A DNA stretch of 64,000 bases from Candidatus Obscuribacteraceae bacterium (GCA_044226015.1 JBGAHS010000002.1:1107435-1171434), one strand, 5' to 3'; positions 40,342 to 50,969 are shown, numbered from the stretch's first letter. The notes: generated from the letters alone by a model not told the origin. Made by a program: numbers and translations.

Positions 40342-41388
40342 ATGCGAATAAAATCCTTAGCATTTCTCGTATGCGCTAGCCTTCAGATACAGGCTTGCTT
40401 CCTTTTTCCAGAACGTGTTATCGCCGACCCCACAGCTGAGGCTACTCCACCTACTCAACAACTAGATAAGCTGCAACCAAATTCTGCCAACACGGTTGAT
40501 CCAGAAAAATCAAAAACTGACGCAACAACTCTACCCGGTTCAGAAAAAATAGATCGTCAACAAAAGACTTTACTCCAAAGAAAATCACCTCTAAACAGCT
40601 ACACACAGTCACCGACACAAGATTGCGAGTCTCAATTGCATTCGAAATCAGAGCAAAACTGCGCAAACGCTCCACCCTCTGTTGTCGACTCAATTGAAAG
40701 TGAAAAGACAGATTCTGACGACAACACTCCTAAATGGAAAAACAAACTTGATGACGGTCCCGAGGATTTGTTCTACTTTGTAGAGGCCGTTTCTGGCAAA
40801 AAGCTAAAAGACCAGACCTTCAATCTTCTGAAAGGTGTAACAGACATTGAGATTTCGGAAGATCATATTCAATTCTTCAGATGTGACAAACAATCACTGA
40901 GAGTTGGCGGAGACACCACGGGCGGTGCCAAATTTTACGAAGACTGGGAAAAAGCCAAAACAAATTTGCAAGAGAAATTCGGTGATCAAGGCAAGGAATT
41001 TCTAGATAACATTCAAGGAATTCACTTGGCAGGAAACCGCATCGAAGTAATTCGAAAGGGTCCCGAGGAATTGAACATTGACCTTGGCGACAAGAAATTG
41101 CATCCAGCCTTTGACTTGCGAAGCATTCGATTCAAGAAAATAGCAGTAACAGTAGACAACTCCAGCACATTTCCGAAATTACGTGACATAAATGGAGTTG
41201 TGGCAGTTATAAAAGCCCCTGGCTTCAGTTTCCCCGTCGAAGTCAAAGACTTTTGCAAGGTCCGCTTGGAAGCAGAAAATGATATCACTGTCGGTGTCAC
41301 CGACCCCGTGCCTTCAGCAATTCGAGCATTTTTCTTTCTACCTTCAATTTTTCATTTTCATTTTCGGCTCAAAAGGAAGGTCAATTGA
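40342..41388 (+). CDS. Secreted hypothetical protein
   Basis: Signal-peptide-like N-terminus, disordered linker, globular C-terminal region. Confidence 0.65.
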   Translation: MRIKSLAFLVCASLQIQACFLFPERVIADPTAEATPPTQQLDKLQPNSANTVDPEKSKTDATTLPGSEKIDRQQKTLLQRKSPLNSYTQSPTQDCESQLHSKSEQNCANAPPSVVDSIESEKTDSDDNTPKWKNKLDDGPEDLFYFVEAVSGKKLKDQTFNLLKGVTDIEISEDHIQFFRCDKQSLRVGGDTTGGAKFYEDWEKAKTNLQEKFGDQGKEFLDNIQGIHLAGNRIEVIRKGPEELNIDLGDKKLHPAFDLRSIRFKKIAVTVDNSSTFPKLRDINGVVAVIKAPGFSFPVEVKDFCKVRLEAENDITVGVTDPVPSAIRAFFFLPSIFHFHFRLKRKVN

Positions 41389-41456
41389 AGCCATGTTTGA
41401 ATGCAAAAAGGTGATGTAGAACGCCAAGCCACTTCAAAATCAGTTCTAAATCAATT

Positions 41457-42029
41457 CTAGAAAGCAGTTTCCGCAATCATATCGATGTGTTCTATGAAAT
41501 CTGCTGGCCATTCACGAATACAGAGCTTAAACCTGTTTTTGTCCCCTGCAAATAGCGCTCTGCTTGCCTCTTCAAACCCTGGTAAATCTCCCCCAATAGC
41601 GCCCATGAACTTGTAAGTGATCTCGCGAGATTTCCTGGGAGAAATTTGGTCAGCAAGCCTTGCTTTCTCAACTAACTTTCGTATCGCCACTGAAGCGCCA
41701 CCAGACTGTTCATTCAGCCAATCCCAATGTCTCGGCAGAAGCGTCACTTCACGAGCGATTACCCCAAGCTTCGGTCTTCCACGCCCACGCACCGACTCTG
41801 GAAGCACCTCGGCGAGATTTTTTCCACCTAGAGCAAAACGCTGCTTCACATCAGCAACAGATCCACGAAGGTCCAATTCTACAATCTTACTCTCGTCATC
41901 AAAAACAAGAATTTGGGCCATTGAATTCGAATCCAAGAATTTTCTCGACGAAAGGGCCACTTCCGCCTTGGTTCCTCGAACAATTTTCTTTCCACCACAA
42001 AACGCAGTGCACAGTTGATCACTCTGCAT
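41457..42029 (-). CDS. DUF2239 family protein
   Basis: RGRGRPKLGVIAREVTLLPRHWDWL, GGASVAIRKLV and GDLPGFEEASRALFA motifs. Confidence 0.88.
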   Translation of the reverse strand: MQSDQLCTAFCGGKKIVRGTKAEVALSSRKFLDSNSMAQILVFDDESKIVELDLRGSVADVKQRFALGGKNLAEVLPESVRGRGRPKLGVIAREVTLLPRHWDWLNEQSGGASVAIRKLVEKARLADQISPRKSREITYKFMGAIGGDLPGFEEASRALFAGDKNRFKLCIREWPADFIEHIDMIAETAF

Positions 42030-42073
42030 ATATGTCCACCTATATTCTGCCCAAAGCTTAATCCATCGATGTT

Positions 42074-42106
42074 TCTAATATTACCCGGGTAATATTAGAC
42101 TGTCAA
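42074..42106 (-). promoter_or_regulatory. Sigma70-type promoter overlapped by a perfect 26-bp palindrome
   Basis: Minus strand TTGACA-17 nt-TAATAT; TCTAATATTACCCGGGTAATATTAGA at 42074-42099. Confidence 0.8.
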
Positions 42107-42234
42107 GTCTATACTTCCCGACAAGTAACAATTTCCTGAGGCAACCAGTAGCAACTGTAACCGCGAACTAATGCTATCAACAAACGAAGCAACAGAGTCC
42201 TACCTACCTCTGACAACGAACAACAATCAAATCC

Positions 42235-42450
42235 AACCTGCGGCAATCTCACGACAACGAACAACAAAGCAGTTCCACTGCCAACGGTGACATGCAAACA
42301 ACAAGGCTATTCCACTGCCTGCGGCAATCTCACAACAACGAGCAATAAGACTATTCCACTGCCAACGGTGACACCCCTAAAGCAAACAACAAAGCAATTC
42401 CACTGCCTGCGGTATCACTAAACAATTAAAAGCAAACCATTCCACTGCCA
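42235..42450. repeat. Degenerate tandem repeat, ~40-bp period
   Basis: TTCCACTGCC at about 42273, 42310, 42354, 42398 and 42440. Confidence 0.7.
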
Positions 42451-42979
42451 TTGATGCCGCTGCCATAGATATAGTTATTGCAAACAAGACAGCACAAAGC
42501 GCCAGTTCGACAACATCAACTGGCCGAACTAGTACAAAAATATCACTTACAACCCACACATAATTCCGATATCACACAACAACCAACAACAAGCGATTCC
42601 GCTGACACAATGCGCAATAAAGATAAGCATTCCATCATCACTTCATCATTCCATATTTTTTTATGAGACTTAGCGCAAGCCAAAAATTAAAGCAGAACAT
42701 GGACTTCCGGTGCCTTCTGCTACCAGCATTATCGCCAGCTAAGCTGCAAAAGTATCAATTTCAAAATCTCCATTTAATCAGCTAACGCCAACTTGCTAGA
42801 GATAACTTGCATTTATGTTTTCTGCAAGCGGCGAGACCCCGAACAACCAATTAGCAAGGGCGACACAAGAAATCAGACAGGACATAACATGTGTCAGGTT
42901 TGAATGTTGCTCGGGTTATTTTGCGCCCAACGAAAACATACTTGCATTCGCAACCTATCAAAGTTCAGAAGGAGTAACC

Positions 42980-44392
42980 ATGATCAACGACATCGTGAAG
43001 ACGAACGCCCCCGAAACCGCCAACATCTCGGTCTACCAGGTTGGAGACGCGGTGGTTCACGAACGGCGGCTCGTCAAGCTCGAGGCAGGCAAGACTCAGA
43101 TTCTGGTCAATGGCTTGCCGGTCAACTTCGTCGAAGATTCCTTCCAGGTCTGTAGCGTACATGGCCCGGCCGAGCTGAAACTCGGCTCCGATTCGTTCTC
43201 GCCCGCCGAACTGAGCGTCGAAGCGCTTCTCCAGAAGTCCATCAGCTCGCAGATCACGGTGCAAGAGAACACGAGCGACGGCGTCACCACATACAGTGGC
43301 ACATTACGCTTCGTGTTCGGAAACCAGGTCGCGCTTCAAACGGAAGATGGCGTGCAATTGCTCCAGCTCGGCTCGAGGTTCAAGCTGGCGAGTATGCCAG
43401 CAAATCTCCGCGAGACGCCGACCCTCTGCCTGGAAGCCAACGCCACCACCAACGGTGACTACACTCTTCACTCGCTCTACGAAACGGGTGGGCTCTCCTG
43501 GTCTGCCATGTACTCACTCTTCTACGACGCTGCCGCCGGAAAGCTCAAGACTCTGCAGTGCAGGGTCAAGCTCAGCAATCTGAGCGGCGCCAAGTTCGAG
43601 AATGTGTTGTTCCACCTGATGACAGGAACCAACAGCTCTCGCGCCCGCGTTGCGCCGCAGCAGAGGGGTCTCGAGAGTGCAAAGTATGCGCTGGCTTCCA
43701 GCGTGTCGCCCAGCGCGCTCGCCTCGGTCGAGTCTCTCGGGGACCAGAAGATGTACACGCTGCCCGAGGCTCTCAGCATCGAGCATGGGCAGACGAAGCG
43801 CCCGTACCTCATTGTGAAGCGAGACATTCCGGTCCGCTCGGAATACTTCGTCGATGCGAGCAACTACGGCTCCGTCGAGCCCAGCAAGCACTCGGTGCGT
43901 GTGCGTCTGCGAGTGGACAACACTGCGGAGAACAACCTGGGCGTCGACTTGCCTGCTGGTGAAGCGGCTGTCTTCCAAACCGATACGCTCGGAAACGCCC
44001 AGAAGACGGAGCATTCGCTCAGCATCGAGCAGCTCGCTGCCGGTGAAGAACTGTGCGTTGAATTCAACACGCCCTGTTCTGAAATCAAGGCGAGTCGGCA
44101 GTTGCTCAGCTCTAAGGAGGATCCTGAAACCCAAGAAGAAGCATCGGGCGAGGGCGAGCAGCCCAAAGCACCGCGCTATCGCGTCGAAGAGAGAAAGCTC
44201 GAACTCAGCAACTACAAAGACGAAAACGTCTGTGTGCTCGTGCAGGAGGAACTGCCGGGCTGCGAATTCGAAATTCTCCACAGCGACCAGCGATTCGCCG
44301 AGCAGAACCTGCACAAGGGCGTCTTCGTCGTGGAAGTGCCCGGCAATGGCAGCCGCACTGTGACTTACGCTCTCAAGTGGCGTGTCAACTAA
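42980..44392 (+). CDS. DUF4139-like protein
   Basis: ISVYQ...VHERR, Y.TGGLSW...Y, NLSG, YTLP and LGVDLPAG motifs; ATG at 42980 with AAGGAG SD. Confidence 0.8.
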   Translation: MINDIVKTNAPETANISVYQVGDAVVHERRLVKLEAGKTQILVNGLPVNFVEDSFQVCSVHGPAELKLGSDSFSPAELSVEALLQKSISSQITVQENTSDGVTTYSGTLRFVFGNQVALQTEDGVQLLQLGSRFKLASMPANLRETPTLCLEANATTNGDYTLHSLYETGGLSWSAMYSLFYDAAAGKLKTLQCRVKLSNLSGAKFENVLFHLMTGTNSSRARVAPQQRGLESAKYALASSVSPSALASVESLGDQKMYTLPEALSIEHGQTKRPYLIVKRDIPVRSEYFVDASNYGSVEPSKHSVRVRLRVDNTAENNLGVDLPAGEAAVFQTDTLGNAQKTEHSLSIEQLAAGEELCVEFNTPCSEIKASRQLLSSKEDPETQEEASGEGEQPKAPRYRVEERKLELSNYKDENVCVLVQEELPGCEFEILHSDQRFAEQNLHKGVFVVEVPGNGSRTVTYALKWRVN

Positions 44393-44412
44393 CTTGAGCA
44401 TCTGAATTCCGT

Positions 44413-44443
44413 GAAGGGGGTGGAAGTCCACCCCCTTCTTTCT
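44413..44443 (+). terminator. Intrinsic terminator
   Basis: GAAGGGGGTGGA/TCCACCCCCTTC followed by TTTT. Confidence 0.75.
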
Positions 44444-44480
44444 TACTTCCATAACAAGATCACCAAGACAAGGTGGCAAA

Positions 44481-44897
44481 ATGAAACGTCTTATGTACAT
44501 TCTTCTGATTGCTGTCTGCCCTCTGAGCATCGCCGGTTGCGGCGGCGGCGACATCAGCAATTATGCCTTCGAGCTGTCGAGTTTCGGAGAACGCAACTTC
44601 GACAAACTCGATCGCAACCACGATGGAACCGTCATCGAAAGCGAACTCTGGGAAGCGCAAGCTACCAATGAGTACACGTCAGCCGAAAAACAGCTCATCA
44701 AGATGATTCGAGACAACCTCTCAAGCATCGGACACGTGACCGACAGCGAAAAGTACCAGTCGATCGATCCAATTGCCCTCCCGGACGGCAACGGCGGCAT
44801 CACGTGGATCTACATTCCCTCCACCAAGACTCGGTACTTGTACGGTGTAAATCTTGCCGACTTCAAGAATTTTGGGATGCGACAGACCCGTCGCTGA
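44481..44897 (+). CDS. Lipoprotein with an EF-hand-like loop
   Basis: Lipobox IAGC; FDKLDRNHDGTVIESEL. Confidence 0.75.
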   Translation: MKRLMYILLIAVCPLSIAGCGGGDISNYAFELSSFGERNFDKLDRNHDGTVIESELWEAQATNEYTSAEKQLIKMIRDNLSSIGHVTDSEKYQSIDPIALPDGNGGITWIYIPSTKTRYLYGVNLADFKNFGMRQTRR

Positions 44898-45473
44898 TTC
44901 TGCGCTAAAAGAGCAGGAAGCTTTGGGGTAAGCTTGTTAGATCCGCAGTAACTCTCAATTCCATCGCAAAGCGATGAATAGTGGAACATGCTCTGTGCCT
45001 AGCAAATGCTGGGCAAGGCATTGTGACAAACTGCGATCGATCAAATGGATCCCTAAAGATAGCAAAAGGTCTCAGCGATAGCAAAGAACTCCTCGCCGCA
45101 TAAGAGGCGGTGAGTCAATGCTATCGCTGGGACCCTTCTTTCCCGACTTTGCCGAAGGCAAAGCTATAAAGCAAAGCTGTTATGAGGACCTTCCAAGGAG
45201 CACTGCCATTCTTATAAGCAGGACTTCTACTACGCCACCACGTACGACACACATAAATAGAACAACAGAAAAGAAGAGGAAACGGCAGCGCAGGAGATTC
45301 TGCGCTGCCGTCTCACACTTGCCTTAACGGCTCAACTATATTTCCACATCTCGATTACACCGTGTTTCGGCTAAAATGAACATGGAATGCACGCCGCTAC
45401 TGCAGGAGTAAGCGAGATAAAGACACGGAGTCATCTTTTCCACGGATAACTTCAACATGATGAAGTTGCACCG

Positions 45474-46112
45474 CTAGTGCAAGTAGAATCCGTGTTTCCT
45501 CATTTCGATTACATCCTTCGCACCCGGCTTTTTATAGGTCCCCATCAGCCAATCAGCCAGAGGACAAACGATGCAAAAATTGACCTTCGGATAGGCATGA
45601 TGAAGAAAATGATTTCGCGCCAACCACAAACAAAGCGAAGATCGATTGAACCACTTCGCCCTCTTCTCAGGTTGAGTATGCATTTGGATGTGGATCAAAT
45701 TCCAAGCATTGTGATGAAGAAACAGCGAAAGCATAAAGATCACGGCGCCCAACCCAAAGACCATTCCGATGATACTGCTAAAGCCAAAGAAGAGGGCAAG
45801 TAAAAGCAGCGGTCCCCATATCCAGAAAGAAGCCACTTGCCCTTCAAAAACTGGAAGCTTGATGTTGACCTCCAGACAATCGCCTTCGGACTCATCGAAA
45901 TGAGTGCCAGGAAAACATTCACCATGATGGAAGTGCCGATGGCGATCCAACACACCTTTGAAGAAAGGCATCCGACGGGAGAGAACAGTCGGCTTGTGCA
46001 TCAGAACACCATGTGCAAAAAACTCGATAAAGGAGATGATCACATACGAAACTGCAAACCAGAAAGCGGTGATACCAATCCAGAAAAACATATTTTGAAA
46101 ACCACCAATCAA
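45474..46112 (-). CDS. Fatty acid hydroxylase/sterol desaturase-like membrane protein
   Basis: His boxes HGVLMH, HRHFHH, HIQMH and HFLHH; start uncertain. Confidence 0.75.
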   Translation of the reverse strand: MIGGFQNMFFWIGITAFWFAVSYVIISFIEFFAHGVLMHKPTVLSRRMPFFKGVLDRHRHFHHGECFPGTHFDESEGDCLEVNIKLPVFEGQVASFWIWGPLLLLALFFGFSSIIGMVFGLGAVIFMLSLFLHHNAWNLIHIQMHTQPEKRAKWFNRSSLCLWLARNHFLHHAYPKVNFCIVCPLADWLMGTYKKPGAKDVIEMRKHGFYLH

Positions 46113-46401
46113 ATAATATTTTTTCGCAAACTGCGGTCATCCGAAAAACGCATTCCACGGCTTCTCAGGAGTAGCTGCAAACCGCGGAAATCAGTGAATC
46201 TTTAGCTGAAAGGGGTCAGCCTTCCCCAATCAAAATTCATCGAGACTTTTGAAAGCCTCAATTGAACTAGTAGTCGCAGCACATCATTTCTGCATCATTT
46301 CTGTTGAGACCATTCTTACGCGCAGAGCTTTTAAGAGTCCTGAAGGAACTCCTGCAGGTGCAACCTACTAGCAGCAAGCACAAATGCAACCAAGCAGTAG
46401 T

Positions 46402-47193
46402 CTACGCAGGAGGCGCCAGTGCAACGATTGCAGATCTCAACGCGTCAGAAGCAATCCTTGCATTCTCGTCTCTGTATTGTGATGACGGAATCATTTTTCC
46501 TACAAAAATGCGCACACCACCCCTGTAAAATGGAGCCAAGACGGTCATTAGAATTAGTTGAATCAGAATTGGATATTTGCATATCCAGGATCCAGGATAC
46601 CTTCCATATCGCATAAAAATCGGCACGAAATAAGCATTCCTGCCACAAGAAGCAGCCAGGTCCTTCGAGATGAGCACAGCACCAGGTTTGAACGGACCCA
46701 TCCTTCCGTCAAGATAGACCCAACCTTCCGGAAAAATTAGCAAGCTCTGTGCGCTTTGTAGAACTTTCAAGCCGGTGAGGCGGCTAGCCGTGAAGGCTCC
46801 GAATAATCCGAAGATCAGCCCGAATAGCCCCCCAAAGCTGTTCATCAAGGTTGGAGCTGCCATAGACCTTGGGTTCCACTTCTCCAGAAGCTGCAATGTC
46901 ACAAACGCATCGGCAATGTGCGTGTGATTGGGCGTGAAGATAAACGGCGTTTCTTGTGGCAGCTCTTCAAGATTTTCCACTCCTTCCACTTTGATTTTGC
47001 CGACCATGCTCCAACACAAGAAACGCAAGATATAGCGGCGAATCCACAAGAGAATCCCATTAGGAGCCGGTGGCAAAGAGCCCTTTATGCGATTGATAAG
47101 TATTCGCTTTCGAAGCGTAAGTACCGCCTCAAACGAGACTGCGATAAACAAACCACCGAGCAGAAGAAAAGCCAATTCTGTTAAAGACCGCAT
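46402..47193 (-). CDS. Lysophospholipid acyltransferase (PlsC-like)
   Basis: NHTHIAD (HX4D), IFPEG and FKPG motifs. Confidence 0.88.
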   Translation of the reverse strand: MRSLTELAFLLLGGLFIAVSFEAVLTLRKRILINRIKGSLPPAPNGILLWIRRYILRFLCWSMVGKIKVEGVENLEELPQETPFIFTPNHTHIADAFVTLQLLEKWNPRSMAAPTLMNSFGGLFGLIFGLFGAFTASRLTGLKVLQSAQSLLIFPEGWVYLDGRMGPFKPGAVLISKDLAASCGRNAYFVPIFMRYGRYPGSWICKYPILIQLILMTVLAPFYRGGVRIFVGKMIPSSQYRDENARIASDALRSAIVALAPPA

Positions 47194-47254
47194 TTCTGCA
47201 GTCCTCCCTTCCTTTTTGCAAAATGAAATTTGTTATCTCGGCAAGATCCGAGAC

Positions 47255-48328
47255 CTAGAACAGACCATGAGCACAAAACACCGTTTCCGCCCGCTTAGCA
47301 AGCAGTTGCGGACGTTTTTGCAGTGCGGGTTTAGCATGCCGCCAATTGCCGAGTTCATACAAAACCTGCTTTACGAACTCAAGACGCTCTCCATGGAGAA
47401 CGCCTTCCAAAGCCAACCTCGCACAACAAGACTCAAACGCAATCAAAACTGCTAACCATTTCGCATCCTGCGAAAACGCGAATTGCAGTGCTGGCACATG
47501 ATAAATCTGCGGACGAAACTCAATCACGCCAACGGTGTCATCATCCCATTCCCATTTTTGATCGATACCCCAGGTGCGCCGGCATAGGGAATGGAAGGAT
47601 CCTGAAATAGGGTCTAAGCGGTCCACCGATAGGTTGCAGGCAATTATGGTTCGCGGATCCACACCAAAGTGCTGAATCTGCAACCCTACCGGACAAAACC
47701 CATAGCGACTCAAGGCACCATCGAACATCAACTTTCCCTGGTACTTCATAGCAGCGAAAACGCCAGGAATGCTACAGCTCATCCGAACCGCGTCCGACAA
47801 TTTAGGAGGCTCCAGCGAGAGCTGCTTCACGGAGTTATCTCTCTCAATCAGAAATACACCATCAGACTTGAACACGACCGGCATGCCAGATTTAGTTGTT
47901 GCCATCGTCCAGAACTTTGCCGGCCAATGCCCGCCGCATCCCCGAAACTCGGCAATTTTGTCCAGGTAATTACCAATCGATGAAGTTTGCAGCAAACCAG
48001 TGTGTCGACAATCTGTCGATGTAGCCTTGGATCCCAGAGCCGAAAGAAAATTCCTCAGCTGGCCCTTTGTCCCGATTTCGGCTTTGAAATCCAGTTCCAG
48101 CCCCAGATGCAAAAGTTGCACAGCATCCAGACCCAGACTGAGAAGAGCAGCGCAGATAGAGCCTGCACTTACACCACCGAGTGTGCGGAACTGCCTCAAC
48201 CCTGCAGCATGACAGGCTATCACAGCACCTAGACTTGCTAGAAACGACTGCGATCCTCCGCTGCTCAATGTCAGATGGTAGGCATTGCTGCTAATTGCTT
48301 TGTTTGAACCACTTTCAAAAACAGACAA
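47255..48328 (-). CDS. Patatin-like phospholipase
   Basis: SSGG, GVSAG, SCSIPGVF and DGA motifs. Confidence 0.85.
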   Translation of the reverse strand: MSVFESGSNKAISSNAYHLTLSSGGSQSFLASLGAVIACHAAGLRQFRTLGGVSAGSICAALLSLGLDAVQLLHLGLELDFKAEIGTKGQLRNFLSALGSKATSTDCRHTGLLQTSSIGNYLDKIAEFRGCGGHWPAKFWTMATTKSGMPVVFKSDGVFLIERDNSVKQLSLEPPKLSDAVRMSCSIPGVFAAMKYQGKLMFDGALSRYGFCPVGLQIQHFGVDPRTIIACNLSVDRLDPISGSFHSLCRRTWGIDQKWEWDDDTVGVIEFRPQIYHVPALQFAFSQDAKWLAVLIAFESCCARLALEGVLHGERLEFVKQVLYELGNWRHAKPALQKRPQLLAKRAETVFCAHGLF

Positions 48329-48801
48329 GGATTCATACCAACCTCTCTAATATTTTTGAGCGATGTCGCACAGCTTGTAGCGTTGCATTCGCTCGTCATT
48401 TAGTGTTTTGGACCTCATTCAATACGGTCTGCCCAAGATGGTTTTCACAATCCATCCGACACAAAGCATCGAAATACTGCTCAGCAGGGGTAAAACTGCG
48501 ATGAGCAGAATGTAAGAGTGCAAGGGACTCATTCCTGTTGCTCCTTTCCAAAGTTCTATAATCCTGGCGGGCTAGCACCAGAATTTTCGTTTTGTTTGTG
48601 TTCTTTCCGTGGGGGGCTGGAAGAATTCCGAAAAAGAGAAATGAATTTCTGGCTTTTAGATTACCTTCGATCTCAATATCACTATCAAGTGACAAATCCT
48701 CTCAACCGGCTTTTTTCCCGTAGCCCTCACAGGAGAGCAGCTAGGTAAACTAGCACTAACCACTTGACTTGCACAGCTGCAAACCCAGCCAATTCCCTCT
48801 G

Positions 48802-48883
48802 CTTGATCGATATCGATCAAAATCCTGGTTTTTTGCACCCGCAAACCCAGTAAATTGTCCCCGCAAGATCGATATCGATCAAA
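48802..48883. repeat. Paired palindrome element
   Basis: Centres at 48809 and 48871 (62 bp). Confidence 0.85.
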
Positions 48884-49263
48884 ATTCGGCTTTTCACCCC
48901 AAAATCCGCCCAGAAAAAATCCAGCGAAAAACAGTCCAAGCACTTGATTTCTTAAGACATCATGGCTACTCGTACAGCCTCGCTAACCTAATTTTTCAAC
49001 GTGTCGTCAAGTGCCACAGGAACTGTGAATTGATTTCAATCATTCCAGCCTTTCAACTGCACCTTCAAATCGGCTAAATAAATGGCGTCCTTGTCAAATC
49101 CCATATGAGCCACTAACCACCAAAAAGACTTCACTTTTGTGCCGAATGTAACCGCACTAACAGCAGAAATTCTGCTGAGGTGAATTATGGCAAGCAGTGA
49201 CAGGGATTTTCATCACTCATACTCACGCGTTGAACGTGTGAGCCAGCCAACGGAGAAATCGCC

Positions 49264-50409
49264 ATGGTAAGGCGCTTCGTTACTCGTTTTCTTCTGAACA
49301 ATGTGGAACCCACTCTGGAAACTCCGGAAAGGGACCTCCATCTTGTTTGTGGTGCTGGTGGGACTCGCGCTATCATCGGCTGCGCCGGTGCGGTGTTCGG
49401 CATGCATGCTATGGGAATGAACTCCTGGGCAAGCATAGGCGGTATCAGCGGTGGCTCATTGCCCACCCTGCTCTACGCTGCGGGCATCCACCCTCGTGCG
49501 CTGATGCGTCGAGCTCTCACCACTGATTTTTCGACCCTTGTCGTGAAGCGGCGGCATCTGCTGCAGGTTTTGCGCAAGTTCATGGGACAGGCGAAGCATG
49601 AGCGCCTGCCCCGCACTGCAGTTCACTGCTCCAAGGGGATGGTCAAGTTCATCGACGACCTCGTGCCCACGTGGCCCGACAAGTTCTGGACCATGGCCAC
49701 AACCGACCTGCCGAAGAAAGGGCGCTGCCAAGTTCTCTTCACCAAGAGAGGCGTCTTCCTCTACGACAAGCACGGCAACTGCGAGCAGCTCTCCTACCAC
49801 CCTGCGCCCGTCGGTCTTGCGATCGCCGCAAGTTGCGCAATCCCGGGTGTCATTGACCACGTCGAGTATCTGGGGATGCAACTGTATGACGGCATGATGA
49901 GCTGGGATGGGCGCACGCCCGCCCGGCTGGTCAAGCTGCATTACGGCGCTGCCTACGAAGACATCGTTGCAGTCGATGTGGGTGGCATCAAGCCACCGTT
50001 CCCGTCGCTGACCAAGCGCATCGCTGCCTACCTCTGTGACGATGACTGTCATCCCGACACCCACATGACGCCTGATCAGTGGGACGCGCTCGGTGTGCGG
50101 GTTGTGCGAGCCAACATTCACAATTTCGGCTCTCTGAACCTGAACCCGACACTGAAACAGCGTTCTCATGCCATGCGCCTGGGCTACACTGCGGCAGTGA
50201 GGACACTCTGTCCGAAACGCGGCAAATTCAAGTTCGATGCCAAAAAGCTGCTGGCTTCATCGCTGGAACAATTTGGCATCGAGCGTGGTGGCAAAACCAA
50301 GTCCTTCGCGGCTACCCAAGCGGAGCATGAGCCCAAGAAAACATCGAAGGCCAAAGCACCGCGTCGCAAGGCAAAACAAAAGGCTAGCAAGAAAATCAAA
50401 ATCAGCTAG
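49264..50409 (+). CDS. Patatin-like phospholipase with a basic tail
   Basis: GAGGTR, GISGG, SCAIPG and DGM motifs; shares WPxKFWTMATT with 47255-48328. Confidence 0.85.
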   Translation: MVRRFVTRFLLNNVEPTLETPERDLHLVCGAGGTRAIIGCAGAVFGMHAMGMNSWASIGGISGGSLPTLLYAAGIHPRALMRRALTTDFSTLVVKRRHLLQVLRKFMGQAKHERLPRTAVHCSKGMVKFIDDLVPTWPDKFWTMATTDLPKKGRCQVLFTKRGVFLYDKHGNCEQLSYHPAPVGLAIAASCAIPGVIDHVEYLGMQLYDGMMSWDGRTPARLVKLHYGAAYEDIVAVDVGGIKPPFPSLTKRIAAYLCDDDCHPDTHMTPDQWDALGVRVVRANIHNFGSLNLNPTLKQRSHAMRLGYTAAVRTLCPKRGKFKFDAKKLLASSLEQFGIERGGKTKSFAATQAEHEPKKTSKAKAPRRKAKQKASKKIKIS

Positions 50410-50498
50410 TCTGCAACAGTTTCTTCCATAGCAACGCCACGAATCGCATCTAGTGGCGTTGCTCTCAACCTGATGCGCAAGATTCGGAGAACCTTCTC

Positions 50499-50969
50499 AT
50501 GAAAAAGGTCATCGCAGTAGCTCTTGCTGTGCTCGTCGGGCTCGGCGGCTTCTTCCTCTACCAGGACCACGAGTACCGTCGTGTTCACGGCGTTGTCACC
50601 GAGGTCGGGTTGTTCAACTACGACCAGGAGGTCGAGCAAGCTCTCGACAGCGGATCGACCGTTCTGCTCTACTTCTACAAGCAGGAGGATGGGACCGCCG
50701 CCGATCAGGAGCAGCTCGCCGTGGTGAAGTCGTTCGCCTGGCGCAGTGCTGGCAAGGTCAAGGTCGTGGAGATCAACGTCGCTCGACTGGAGAACCTTCC
50801 GCTCGCCATCGCATACGGTGCGGTTCGCCAACCGGCATTCGTGTTCGTGAACGGCAAGAAGAAGGTCAACGGCGCCCACGGCAAGTTCACCTCTATCGAG
50901 GAGCTGAACAGGCTCAACGACTTGCTCAAACAGACGCCGGCACCCGCGCCTGCATCCGACAAGAACTGA
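50499..50969 (+). CDS. Membrane-anchored thioredoxin-fold protein lacking CxxC
   Basis: N-terminal TM; VLLYFY, VVEINV and YGAVRQPAFVFVNG; no cysteine. Confidence 0.65.
   Translation: MKKVIAVALAVLVGLGGFFLYQDHEYRRVHGVVTEVGLFNYDQEVEQALDSGSTVLLYFYKQEDGTAADQEQLAVVKSFAWRSAGKVKVVEINVARLENLPLAIAYGAVRQPAFVFVNGKKKVNGAHGKFTSIEELNRLNDLLKQTPAPAPASDKN

Noticed and set aside
43514..44560. 348-aa minus-strand ORF
   Set aside because: Antisense to the DUF4139-like gene; no motifs.
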